64,000 nucleotides of DNA from Azospirillum sp. CAG:239 (GTDB lineage: Bacteria > Bacillota_I > Bacilli_A > RFN20 > CAG-449). The stretch is taken from contig CAVJWU010000001.1 of NCBI GenBank assembly GCA_963653535.1, positions 45,030 to 109,029 of the forward strand, read 5' to 3'. Shown here one piece after another: positions 18,107-26,913 of the stretch; within the stretch, counting starts at the first letter, position 1, and every line of letters begins with the position of its first letter. A program made the translations under genes and the position numbers. Below the pieces are notes generated by a model. That model was not told where the DNA came from and ran no database searches. It saw nothing but the letters and a program-made list of their open reading frames with translations.

Positions 18107-19924
18107 TTAAGCTTTAACTTCTTGATCTTTATATTGAAGTTTATAAAGGTTGTAATAATAACCATGTTTTTTTAATAATTCTTGGTGATTACCACTTTCA
18201 ATGATTTTACCTTTTTGTAAACAGATAATATTATCGGAATGTTGGATTGTCGATAATCTATGAGCGACGATTAACATCGTTCCGACATTCATCATTTTAA
18301 GAAGAGAATTTTGAATGACTTTTTCAGTTTCTGTATCAATATTCGCGGTTGCTTCATCAAGAATTAATATTTGAGGATTATGAACAATAGTTCTAGCGAA
18401 ACTTAATAATTGTCTTTCACCACTTGAGAAGTTATTGCCTCCTTCTTTAACTGGTTCATTTATTCCGTTTGGTTGTTTATTAATTACTTGATCAGCGTTA
18501 ACATATTTTACTGCTTGATCAATTTGTTCATCACTAATTTCATCATCTCTTAAATTAATATTAGATTTAATCGTTCCCGAGAAGAGGAAGACATCTTGTA
18601 ACATTTGACCAATACCTTTTCTTAATGATTCAATCTTAATATTCTTAATATCAATACCATCAATTAAGATTTGTCCTTTTGTCACATCGTAGTTTCTTAC
18701 GATTAATTGTAAGATAGTTGATTTACCTGCCCCAGTCGCTCCGACAAAAGCGACTGTTTGTTTAGGATAGATATGGAAAGAAACATCTTGTAAGACCCAT
18801 TCGCCTTCTTTATAAGCAAACCAAACATTTTTGAATTCGATTTCACCTTTAAATTTAGTTATTTCAATCGCATCTTCTTTATCTTCAAAATTAGGTTTAG
18901 TATCTAATAAATTATATAATCTTTCACTAGAAGTAAAAGCACGTTGAAGTTCATTTAATCTATCTGCGAGATTTTGAATTGGGTTAAAGAATTTACTTGT
19001 CAAGGAATAAAACATTTGTACTCCTCCAACCATTGTTCCAATTGTAATTAAGTTCATTGAAACATCTTGAAGGTAGAAATAACAACCAAAACCAAAAATA
19101 CAAGCAAGTGCGATATAATAGATTAAAGTAATCGTAGGACGATAAAAAGCAAAGATCTTAACATCTGTTTGTAAAGTAGAAACAATATCTTTATTTAAAC
19201 GATTGAATTCTTCTTCTTTACGTTTTTCTTGATTGAAGATTTGAGTAATCTTCATGCCAGAAATCGATTCATTTAAGAAAGCGTTCATGACGGAGAAAGA
19301 ATATCTTACTTTACGATAATTCGCTCGTGAATATTTTCTAAAGATGATGGAAATAACAAATATAATTGGTAGAAAGAACATTAAGATAGTGGCAATCTTC
19401 CAATTGATGAGATACATTACAACAATAACTCCGATGAGAGTTAATAATTCTTTAATTAAATTTACGATAGTAGTAGTGAATAAGTTACTTAATGCGTTAG
19501 TATCAGAAGCAACTCTAGTAACTAAAGAACCAACTGGTATTTCATTAATTTGTGATATTGACATGTTTTCAATGTGACTAAAAACAACTAAACGAATATC
19601 ATAAATAATTTGTTGACCAATTTTTTGTAAACTAATTGAAGTGATGTAAACAAATAAAGTATTTAACATGTAAGTGACAAATGTTAAACCGCATAAGAAG
19701 AAAATATAAGGCATATTTAAATCTGTCGCAAGTTCTTTACTTAATTCAGAAGTAATAGTTCCTGGTAATACAGAGGCTAATAAGTCTAGGCCAATCATAA
19801 TTAACATACCGAGAAGAACTAAGACTAATTTAAAAATATAAGGCTTAATAAATACATATGTTCTTTTAATGATCTCAAAATCTGACATTTTACGATCATT
19901 TTTTTCGTAAACGTGTTCTTCCAT
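18107..19924 (-). CDS. ABC transporter, fused permease and ATP-binding protein (exporter; heterodimer partner)
   Basis: Six transmembrane helices, then Walker A GATGAGKST, the ABC signature FSSGERQ (LSGGQ-like), and Walker B ILILDEAT. Confidence 0.8.
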   Translation of the reverse strand: MEEHVYEKNDRKMSDFEIIKRTYVFIKPYIFKLVLVLLGMLIMIGLDLLASVLPGTITSELSKELATDLNMPYIFFLCGLTFVTYMLNTLFVYITSISLQKIGQQIIYDIRLVVFSHIENMSISQINEIPVGSLVTRVASDTNALSNLFTTTIVNLIKELLTLIGVIVVMYLINWKIATILMFFLPIIFVISIIFRKYSRANYRKVRYSFSVMNAFLNESISGMKITQIFNQEKRKEEEFNRLNKDIVSTLQTDVKIFAFYRPTITLIYYIALACIFGFGCYFYLQDVSMNLITIGTMVGGVQMFYSLTSKFFNPIQNLADRLNELQRAFTSSERLYNLLDTKPNFEDKEDAIEITKFKGEIEFKNVWFAYKEGEWVLQDVSFHIYPKQTVAFVGATGAGKSTILQLIVRNYDVTKGQILIDGIDIKNIKIESLRKGIGQMLQDVFLFSGTIKSNINLRDDEISDEQIDQAVKYVNADQVINKQPNGINEPVKEGGNNFSSGERQLLSFARTIVHNPQILILDEATANIDTETEKVIQNSLLKMMNVGTMLIVAHRLSTIQHSDNIICLQKGKIIESGNHQELLKKHGYYYNLYKLQYKDQEVKA

Positions 19925-19925
19925 A

Positions 19926-21719
19926 TTATTCGCCCTCCAATTCTTTTTCTAAAGTTTGAAGTTCTACCATCTTCTTATAAGTTGGAGAAGAAAGTAATAA
20001 TTCTTCATTAGAACCAAATGCTTCAACTTCGCCATTATTCATAACAATAATCTTATCTAATCCTTTTACTGAAGATACTCTTGAAGCGATAAGAATAGTT
20101 GTTTTACCTTTTCTCATCTTGTGAATATTATCTAAGATTGTTTCTTCAGTTTTAACATCGACCGCGGAAACTGAATCATCTAAGATTAAGATTTTTGGAT
20201 CTTTAACAATCGCACGAGAAATTGAGATTCTTTGTTTTTGTCCACCTGATAATGAAACTCCTTTTTCACCAATCAGCGTTTCATATTTATCATTAAATTC
20301 TTCAATATTTTGTGAAACAGAAGAAAAATCTGCCGCATCTTTAACTTGATTTATATCGATATTGTTATTAGAAAATGCAATATTATTTTTAATTGAATCA
20401 GAGAAGAGGAAATTATCTTGAGGACAATAACCAATATTATCTCTAATAAATTTAATAGGTAGATGCATGATGTCATATCCATCGATGAATAAAGTATTTT
20501 CTTTTACGTTATATAATCTAAATAACATATTGACTAATGTTGATTTACCGGCACCGATTTTACCGATGATACCAATCGTCTCACCTTCATTTATTTTGAA
20601 ATTAAGATTTTTTAATACTAACTTTTCTGGTGCATCAGGATAAGCAAAAGAGAAATTCTTAAATTCAATTTCCCCTTTAATTTGATCAGGAGTAACAACT
20701 TGTCCATCGATAATTTCTACTTCTTCATCGAGAAGAGAAGATACTCTTTTTAAAGATGTTCTACTTCTTGCCATAAGGTTAATAGTTCCTGCAAGAGCGA
20801 ATACTGGCCAAATGATCGTATCAACGTAGCCTAGATAGGTGATTAATGTACCAACACTTAAACCTTGAGTTTTATTTGATGAGATATAAAGATAAACTAA
20901 ATAAGCTCCACCAGCTAAACAAATACAAATGATTGAATAGATAAATAAGTCAAAGAGAATTTCAAGTAATTGAGATTTTTTAACGAAATTGACGTTAGTA
21001 TCTTTGTTTTTCGCTGCGACTTCTTTAAATGCCTTAAGTTCTTTCTTTTCTTTAACAAAAGCCTTAATAACTCTTATACCAGTGAAGTTTTCTTGAGCGA
21101 AATCTGATAAATCATCATAAGCTTGTTGTCTTTTTTCATAAGCTTTTTCCATCATCTTATCGACAAAATAGGCGACTAAACCTAAACCGATAATTGGGAT
21201 AAGGGTAATAGAAGTTAAGATCGGTTGAACCATAAACATCTTAACTAAAGAGATGACAAGTAAGAAAATACCATCGATTAATTGAACTACACCAAAACCA
21301 AATGATTCTTCAATGGTTTCTAAATCGTTACTAAAATAAGATAGAATTGCCCCAGTCTTATTTTCTTTATAATAACGTTGAGAAAGAATCTCAGTTTTCT
21401 TAAACATTTCATAACGTAAGTCAGCTTGGATTTTTTTTGATTCACCAAATATACATATTCTCCAGATGAATCTTCCGATGAATAATCCAACCCCAACAAT
21501 TAAAATGTAAAAAACATTTTTAATTAATGGTTCGAATGAATTAATTGTAACTACGCCGCTTTCTAAGTCATCAATTATTTGGCCGATTATTTCTGGAATG
21601 AAGAATTGAATATAATCAACGGCAATAACCGCGATTATACCAATGAAGAAATACCAGAAATATTTTTTATAATATTTATTGACATGTTTGCCAAAAAGCA
21701 TATAAACATCTCCCTTCAA
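19926..21719 (-). CDS. ABC transporter, fused permease and ATP-binding protein (exporter; heterodimer partner)
   Basis: GKIGAGKST Walker A, LSGGQKQR signature, ILILDDSVS Walker B. Only a 1-nt gap separates it from the downstream ABC gene. Confidence 0.8.
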   Translation of the reverse strand: MKGDVYMLFGKHVNKYYKKYFWYFFIGIIAVIAVDYIQFFIPEIIGQIIDDLESGVVTINSFEPLIKNVFYILIVGVGLFIGRFIWRICIFGESKKIQADLRYEMFKKTEILSQRYYKENKTGAILSYFSNDLETIEESFGFGVVQLIDGIFLLVISLVKMFMVQPILTSITLIPIIGLGLVAYFVDKMMEKAYEKRQQAYDDLSDFAQENFTGIRVIKAFVKEKKELKAFKEVAAKNKDTNVNFVKKSQLLEILFDLFIYSIICICLAGGAYLVYLYISSNKTQGLSVGTLITYLGYVDTIIWPVFALAGTINLMARSRTSLKRVSSLLDEEVEIIDGQVVTPDQIKGEIEFKNFSFAYPDAPEKLVLKNLNFKINEGETIGIIGKIGAGKSTLVNMLFRLYNVKENTLFIDGYDIMHLPIKFIRDNIGYCPQDNFLFSDSIKNNIAFSNNNIDINQVKDAADFSSVSQNIEEFNDKYETLIGEKGVSLSGGQKQRISISRAIVKDPKILILDDSVSAVDVKTEETILDNIHKMRKGKTTILIASRVSSVKGLDKIIVMNNGEVEAFGSNEELLLSSPTYKKMVELQTLEKELEGE

Positions 21720-21873
21720 AATTTTTATATTAACAATAACAATATTTTAAGATAGTAAAATATTTAATTCAAACTTTTAACTGCTTTTTTGTTATTATTT
21801 TATCTTATAAGTTATATCCTAATTTCTAAAGTGAACTTGAGGTCAAGTCTTTTAATAAAAATAATTATTTTTC

Positions 21874-21902
21874 TTGACTTATGATTCTTTTCACTTTATG
21901 AT
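21874..21902 (+). promoter_or_regulatory. Sigma-70-type promoter driving the riboswitch
   Basis: TTGACT (21874-79), a 17-nt spacer, then TATGAT (21897-902). The riboswitch begins about 7 nt downstream. Confidence 0.45.
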
Positions 21903-21904
21903 GT

Positions 21905-21995
21905 TTTCACCATATAGAGTACGCGAGGGACAGTCCTTAAGACCGTACAGCAACCTGCATAAGCAAGGTGCTAATGACTGAATGATGGGTTAATT
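21905..21995 (+). promoter_or_regulatory. SAM-I-type (S-box) riboswitch aptamer, a compact variant without an obvious P4
   Basis: AUAGAGUACGCGAGGGA matches the AGAG..GAGGGA kink-turn region. The P2 loop CAGUC (21931-35) can form a 5-bp pseudoknot with GACUG (21976-80). P3 pairs AGCAACCUGC with GCAAGGUGCU, and the GGUGCUAAU consensus is present. The P1 3' strand is AUGAUGGG. metK lies downstream. Confidence 0.6.
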
Positions 21996-22004
21996 AGTTT
22001 CTAT

Positions 22005-22030
22005 GCCCATCTTTCGATGGGCTTTTATTT
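22005..22030 (+). terminator. Intrinsic terminator forming the riboswitch expression platform
   Basis: gcccatc-tttc-gatgggc followed by TTTTATTT. The CCCAUC segment can alternatively pair with the upstream GAUGGG (21984-89) to form an antiterminator. Confidence 0.55.
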
Positions 22031-22104
22031 ATTCTAATGGTAGTTAGGAGGGTCAACCTTATATCGATATAATATTATCTTCTAATGATGTTCATATTTT
22101 GATA

Positions 22105-22134
22105 TAGACAAAATTGTCTTTAAGAGAGTATAAT
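22105..22134 (+). promoter_or_regulatory. Candidate second promoter with an overlapping perfect palindrome (possible operator)
   Basis: TAGACA, an 18-nt spacer, then TATAAT (22129-34). The palindrome AGACAA-AA-TTGTCT (22106-22119) covers the -35 box and the start of the spacer. Confidence 0.35.
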
Positions 22135-22182
22135 TATAGATGCTGAAATAAGCATTTTGTAAATAAAGAGGTATGAAATATT

Positions 22183-22788
22183 ATGGCAAAATTTATTATT
22201 GAAACTAGTGCACGTCACGTACACGTCACACAAGAAACATTAGAAAAATTATTCGGTACAGGTGCAGAATTAACTGTTAAAAAAGAATTATCACAACCTG
22301 GACAATTTGCATCAAATCAAAAAGTTGATTTAGTTGCATATAAGAAAAACAAAGTTACAGGTGAATTAGTAGAATCAAGATTAAAAGGCGTTTCTATTTT
22401 AGGACCAGTTAGAAAAGCAGACCAAGTTGAATTATCTTTAACTGATGCAAGAACTTTAGGCGTTGTCGCTCCTGTTAGAGAATCTGGCGATGTTGCTGGA
22501 TCTGGTGTATGTAAATTAGTTGGCCCTGCTGGTGAAGTAGAATTAAAAGAAGGCGTTATTGCAGCTAAACGTCATATTCATATGACTCCTGCAGATGCAG
22601 AAACTTTCGGCGTTAAGAATGGTGATATCGTATCTGTTAAAGTATTAAAAGATACAGGTAGAAGCGTAATCTTCGGTGATACAGTTATTAGAGTTTCTCC
22701 AACATATGCTTTAGCAATGCACATTGATACAGATGAAGCTAATGCTGGTGCATTAAGCGGCGAAGTATTCGGAGAAATCGTTAAATAA
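22183..22788 (+). CDS. pduL: PduL-family phosphate acyltransferase (phosphotransacetylase/propanoyltransferase-like)
   Basis: SARHVHVTQETLEKLFG...RHIHMTPADAETFGVKNGDIVSV...VIRVSPTYALAMHIDTDEANAG reproduces the duplicated PduL motifs. Confidence 0.7.
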   Translation: MAKFIIETSARHVHVTQETLEKLFGTGAELTVKKELSQPGQFASNQKVDLVAYKKNKVTGELVESRLKGVSILGPVRKADQVELSLTDARTLGVVAPVRESGDVAGSGVCKLVGPAGEVELKEGVIAAKRHIHMTPADAETFGVKNGDIVSVKVLKDTGRSVIFGDTVIRVSPTYALAMHIDTDEANAGALSGEVFGEIVK

Positions 22789-22802
22789 TTTAGGTAATCT
22801 TT

Positions 22803-23051
22803 ATGGAACATTTAACTTATACTCCTAAGGGTGTATGTTCTAGACAAATGGATATTGACTATGAAGATAACAAGATTGTTTCTTTAAAGGTCACTGGTGG
22901 ATGCAATGGTAATTTAAAAGGTATTGGTTCATTACTTGTCGGTATGGATATTGATGAAGCAATTAAAAGACTTGAAGGAATTACTTGTGGTATGAAACCT
23001 ACATCTTGTCCAGATCAAATCGCTCAAGCTTTAAAAACAATAAAAAAATAA
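22803..23051 (+). CDS. TSCPD-domain protein (TIGR03905-like, about 80 aa)
   Basis: GVCSRQMDID...KVTGGCNGNLKGIGSLLVGM...ITCGMKPTSCPDQIA. Confidence 0.55.
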   Translation: MEHLTYTPKGVCSRQMDIDYEDNKIVSLKVTGGCNGNLKGIGSLLVGMDIDEAIKRLEGITCGMKPTSCPDQIAQALKTIKK

Positions 23052-23157
23052 GAAGTATTATGGTTTGCTAGTACTTCTTATGAAGACTGCAAACCAAAAT
23101 GCTTTAATATGCTTAGATATGCTTCTATCTATAATATTAAAGATAGAAGGGATATTT

Positions 23158-24321
23158 ATGACAAAACAAAAAATATTATTTACATCTGAATCGGTTTCTG
23201 AAGGCCACCCAGATAAATTATGTGATCAAATTTCTGATGCAATTCTTGATGCTTGCTTAAAAGAAGATCCTTCTTCTCACGTTGCTTGCGAATGTTTTAC
23301 AACTACTAATTTATTAGTTATCGGAGGAGAAATTACAACTTCTTCTCATGTTGATTATGAAAAAATCGCTCGTGATGTGATGGTTAAGATTGGTTATACT
23401 TCTAATGATTTAGGTATCGATGGAAGAAATTGTGAAATTATTAATCGTATTAAGAAACAATCTCCAGATATCAATATGGGTGTAGTAAGAGAAAAAGAAG
23501 AAGACCAAGGTGCTGGTGACCAAGGTATTATGTTTGGTTATGCATGTGATGAAACAGAAAATTATATGCCTCTTGCCATCGTTATCGCTCATAAGTTAGT
23601 TCGTTATGCATCTAATTTAAGACATCAAGGTGAATTTAAAGGTGCACGTCCTGATATGAAGTCACAAGTTACGATTGACTATACTTCAGGTAGTCCAAAA
23701 ATCGATACAGTTTTAATGTCTATTCAACATGATCCAGATGTTAATATGGATGAATTTAAACAATTTGTCACTGAAAAGATTATGAAGGTTGTTATTAAAT
23801 CATTTGGATTTAATGATGATTTCAAAGTATTAATTAATCCTACAGGTCGTTTCGTTATCGGCGGACCTGATGGAGATACTGGTTTAACTGGTAGAAAGAT
23901 TATTGTCGATACTTATGGTGGTGTTGGTCGTCACGGTGGAGGAGCTTTCTCAGGTAAAGATCCTTCTAAAGTTGATAGATCTGCTGCTTATGCAGCTAGA
24001 TATGTCGCGAAGAACTTATGCGCGGCTGGAGTAGCTAAAAAAGTCGAAGTTCAATTATCTTATGCAATTGGTGAATCTCATCCAGTTTCGATTGCAGTAG
24101 AAACATTTAATACTGAAACTATTTCAAAAGAAAAGATTCTTGAAATTGTTAATAGTCTATTCGATTTAAGACCAAATTCAATTATCAAGAAATTCTCTTT
24201 AACAAAACCTTCTTTCAAATATCAAGATCTTGCAACTTATGGCCATTTTGGTAGACCAGATGTTGATTGTCCTTGGGAATATTTAGATAAAGTAGACCAA
24301 ATAAAAGAATTAATGAAATAA
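23158..24321 (+). CDS. metK: S-adenosylmethionine synthetase
   Basis: MTKQKILFTSESVSEGHPDKLCDQISDAILDA...GAGDQGIMFGYA...GGGAFSGKDPSKVDRSAAY. The ORF track's start at 23065 is an artefactual N-terminal extension. The ATG at 23158 is preceded by a GAAGGGA RBS. Confidence 0.9.
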   Translation: MTKQKILFTSESVSEGHPDKLCDQISDAILDACLKEDPSSHVACECFTTTNLLVIGGEITTSSHVDYEKIARDVMVKIGYTSNDLGIDGRNCEIINRIKKQSPDINMGVVREKEEDQGAGDQGIMFGYACDETENYMPLAIVIAHKLVRYASNLRHQGEFKGARPDMKSQVTIDYTSGSPKIDTVLMSIQHDPDVNMDEFKQFVTEKIMKVVIKSFGFNDDFKVLINPTGRFVIGGPDGDTGLTGRKIIVDTYGGVGRHGGGAFSGKDPSKVDRSAAYAARYVAKNLCAAGVAKKVEVQLSYAIGESHPVSIAVETFNTETISKEKILEIVNSLFDLRPNSIIKKFSLTKPSFKYQDLATYGHFGRPDVDCPWEYLDKVDQIKELMK

Positions 24322-24326
24322 TATTG

Positions 24327-24351
24327 AGCCAATCTGTTGATTGGCTTTTTA
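24327..24351 (+). terminator. Rho-independent terminator or attenuator after metK
   Basis: agccaatc-tgtt-gattggct followed by TTTTT. Confidence 0.5.
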
Positions 24352-24364
24352 AAAGGAGAAAAAC

Positions 24365-25123
24365 ATGAAATTAGAACCTATCAGTTATTCAAAAGTACCT
24401 AATAAGGCAATATTATCTAGTTTTATTGATGATATTAAAGATTATCTTTTTCCTAATTATTTTTCTCAAGTTGATGATTTAGAAGCTAAATTAGAAGATA
24501 GTAAAAGATTATTTCTTCTAGCAGTTTCTCAAGATGAAGCTAAAAAAGATAAATTCTTTTCTTTATTAGATGAAGTGAAAGAAAAATTACTAAAAGACTT
24601 AGAATTCTTTTATGAATCTGATCCAGCTAGTAAATCTTATGAAGAGATAGTGGTGACTTATCCGGGTTTTTACGCGATTATGGTATATCGAATCGCTCAT
24701 TTATTAGTGCAACTCGATATTCCTTTAATTCCTCGCTTTATTTCTGAAGTTGCTCATTCTCGCACAGGAATCGATATTCATCCTGGCGCGACAATCGACG
24801 AATATTTCTTTATTGATCATGGGACTGGAATTGTTATTGGTGAAACGACAATTATTGGTCACCATGTCAAGATGTATCAAGGAGTTACTTTAGGAGCGTT
24901 ATCATTAGGACGTGGTAGAGCACTTAAAAATGATAAAAGACATCCTACTATCGGTAATTACGTTACTCTATATGCTGGAGCGAACGTTTTAGGAGGAGAA
25001 ACTATTATTGGTGATAATGTCACAATTGGATCATGTGTTTTCTTAACAAAATCAATTCAAGATAATACGATTGTAGTTTGTTCAGATCCTAAACTTATTA
25101 TCAAAGATAAAACAAATATTTAA
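24365..25123 (+). CDS. cysE: Serine O-acetyltransferase
   Basis: YRIAHLL...IPRFISEVAHSRTGIDIHPGATIDEYFFIDHGTGIVIGETTIIG...YQGVTLG hexapeptide-repeat signature. Confidence 0.8.
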   Translation: MKLEPISYSKVPNKAILSSFIDDIKDYLFPNYFSQVDDLEAKLEDSKRLFLLAVSQDEAKKDKFFSLLDEVKEKLLKDLEFFYESDPASKSYEEIVVTYPGFYAIMVYRIAHLLVQLDIPLIPRFISEVAHSRTGIDIHPGATIDEYFFIDHGTGIVIGETTIIGHHVKMYQGVTLGALSLGRGRALKNDKRHPTIGNYVTLYAGANVLGGETIIGDNVTIGSCVFLTKSIQDNTIVVCSDPKLIIKDKTNI

Positions 25124-25125
25124 TA

Positions 25126-25150
25126 AGAACCTTCAGGGTTCTTTTTCTTT
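25126..25150 (+). terminator. Rho-independent terminator
   Basis: agaacc-ttcag-ggttct followed by TTTTTC. Confidence 0.5.
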
Positions 25151-25386
25151 ACAAATTTACATATATTAAGGCTATAATAGATAAATATTTTAAAATATAT
25201 AGAAAATAGTCGATTTTTTTGAATTTATATTTTGATATTCATAAAATTTTCTTATTTTTCTCTTAAATAGTTAAAAAAAGGTAAATTTTAACTTTGGGGT
25301 ATTTTCATATTAGCGCTTTCATTGTATAATATAGATGTAGTTAGAGATAACTATAGAAAATCACATTTTGTGACGGAGGTACTTAT

Positions 25387-25923
25387 ATGAAATGCCAAAT
25401 TGTTGGTAAGAATATTGTCGTTACAGATTCAATTCGTAATGCAATAGAAGAAAAATTACATCGTATGGATAAATACTTTGTAATTAATGATGATGTTGTT
25501 GCAAAGGTACTAGTAAGAACTTATAAAACATCGCAAAAGGTAGAAATTACCATTAACACAAAGATGATGGATTTCCGTGTCGAAGTTAAACATGATGACC
25601 TATATGCCGCAATTGATATTGCTATTGATAAATTAGAAGGTCAAATGAGAAAACTTAAAACTAAGTTAGATCGTAGACATAAATTAAGCTTAGGTGAATC
25701 TATTGCATTCGAAAACTTTGTTCAAGAAGAAGATGATGGCAATGATGAAATGGTTAGAGTAAAGGAAATTTACTTAAAAGCTATGGATTTAAACGAAGCT
25801 ATTACAAGAATGGAATCTTTAGGACATAACTTCTTCTTATTCAAAGATGAAGAAGATGACTGTGTATCAGTTGTTTATAAGAGAGAAGATGGAGGATATG
25901 GTGTCCTTCAAGGAAAAGAATAG
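25387..25923 (+). CDS. hpf: Ribosome hibernation-promoting factor (long form)
   Basis: MKCQIVGKNIVVTDSIRNAIEEKLHRMDKYF, with a C-terminal dimerisation extension. Total length 178 aa. Confidence 0.8.
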   Translation: MKCQIVGKNIVVTDSIRNAIEEKLHRMDKYFVINDDVVAKVLVRTYKTSQKVEITINTKMMDFRVEVKHDDLYAAIDIAIDKLEGQMRKLKTKLDRRHKLSLGESIAFENFVQEEDDGNDEMVRVKEIYLKAMDLNEAITRMESLGHNFFLFKDEEDDCVSVVYKREDGGYGVLQGKE

Positions 25924-25940
25924 ATTTTTGTTTCCTTTCT

Positions 25941-25972
25941 GAGTAGTTCTATCTTAGAACTACTCTTTTTTC
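25941..25972 (+). terminator. Strong rho-independent terminator
   Basis: gagtagttcta-tct-tagaactactc (11-bp stem) followed by TTTTTT. Confidence 0.65.
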
Positions 25973-26058
25973 CTATTTTATTACTTTAAATAAGAAATAA
26001 TAATAAAAATAAATAGATTATTGATCTACTAAAATGTATAATTATTGAGGTGATGTGA

Positions 26059-26904
26059 ATGATTAAAGTTATCGCAACCGATTTAGATGGAACATTATTC
26101 TATCCAAAGCGCAAGTTACATTTAATTTCTAAGAAAAACAAGCAATTCCTCCAGAATGCTTTAGAATCTGGAAAAGAAATAATTCTCGTAACAGGAAGAA
26201 ATTATCGTATCGCTACTAAAGTTGAAGAATGTCTTGAAAGAAAGAATCAATTATCAATTGTCGGATGTAATGGAGCCTTTATGATTCATAAAGGTGAATT
26301 AGTTGAAGAAACTCCAATGGATAATGAAAAAGCTTTTGAACTTTACGAAAAATTATCTGAACTTAAGATTGTCAAGGTTTGGATGATTTTTGGTAGTGAC
26401 AAAGTGATGTATGTCGATTCAAGTAATGTCGGACCATTTGTTCGCGCATGTGGCTATCTTGGTTTTAATCTTCAAGGCGCGTATTATGAACCATTTGTTA
26501 TTAGTAAATCGAAGACAGAAGAATTTATTAAGAATCCTTCTAATAAGATTTATAAGATGATGCCATGGTTTGGAACGGGTAAAAAAGGTGTCGAGAAAGC
26601 ACGTCTATTTACTGAAAAATGGAATTCAGAACATCAAGAAAATACATTTACATTTTCTTGGTCAACTAACGCAATTGAAATAACTGATGGTAAAGTTACT
26701 AAAGCTGTTTCATTAGTAAAGTTAATTGAAAAACTAGGTTATACTCGTGATGAAGTCGCAGTTGTTGGCGATTCAGGTAACGACGTATCAATGTTTAAAG
26801 AATTCCCTAATTCATTTTGTATGGCCCATGCACCAAGCCAAGTTCGCGTAGAAGCAAAGACGATAATCAAATCATTTGACGATTTAAAGAATTATATTAA
26901 GTAA
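26059..26904 (+). CDS. Cof-type HAD-IIB hydrolase (sugar phosphatase-like)
   Basis: IATDLDGTLF motif I, and a C-terminal VGDSGNDVSMF motif. Confidence 0.7.
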   Translation: MIKVIATDLDGTLFYPKRKLHLISKKNKQFLQNALESGKEIILVTGRNYRIATKVEECLERKNQLSIVGCNGAFMIHKGELVEETPMDNEKAFELYEKLSELKIVKVWMIFGSDKVMYVDSSNVGPFVRACGYLGFNLQGAYYEPFVISKSKTEEFIKNPSNKIYKMMPWFGTGKKGVEKARLFTEKWNSEHQENTFTFSWSTNAIEITDGKVTKAVSLVKLIEKLGYTRDEVAVVGDSGNDVSMFKEFPNSFCMAHAPSQVRVEAKTIIKSFDDLKNYIK

Positions 26905-26913
26905 GGAGTATTT

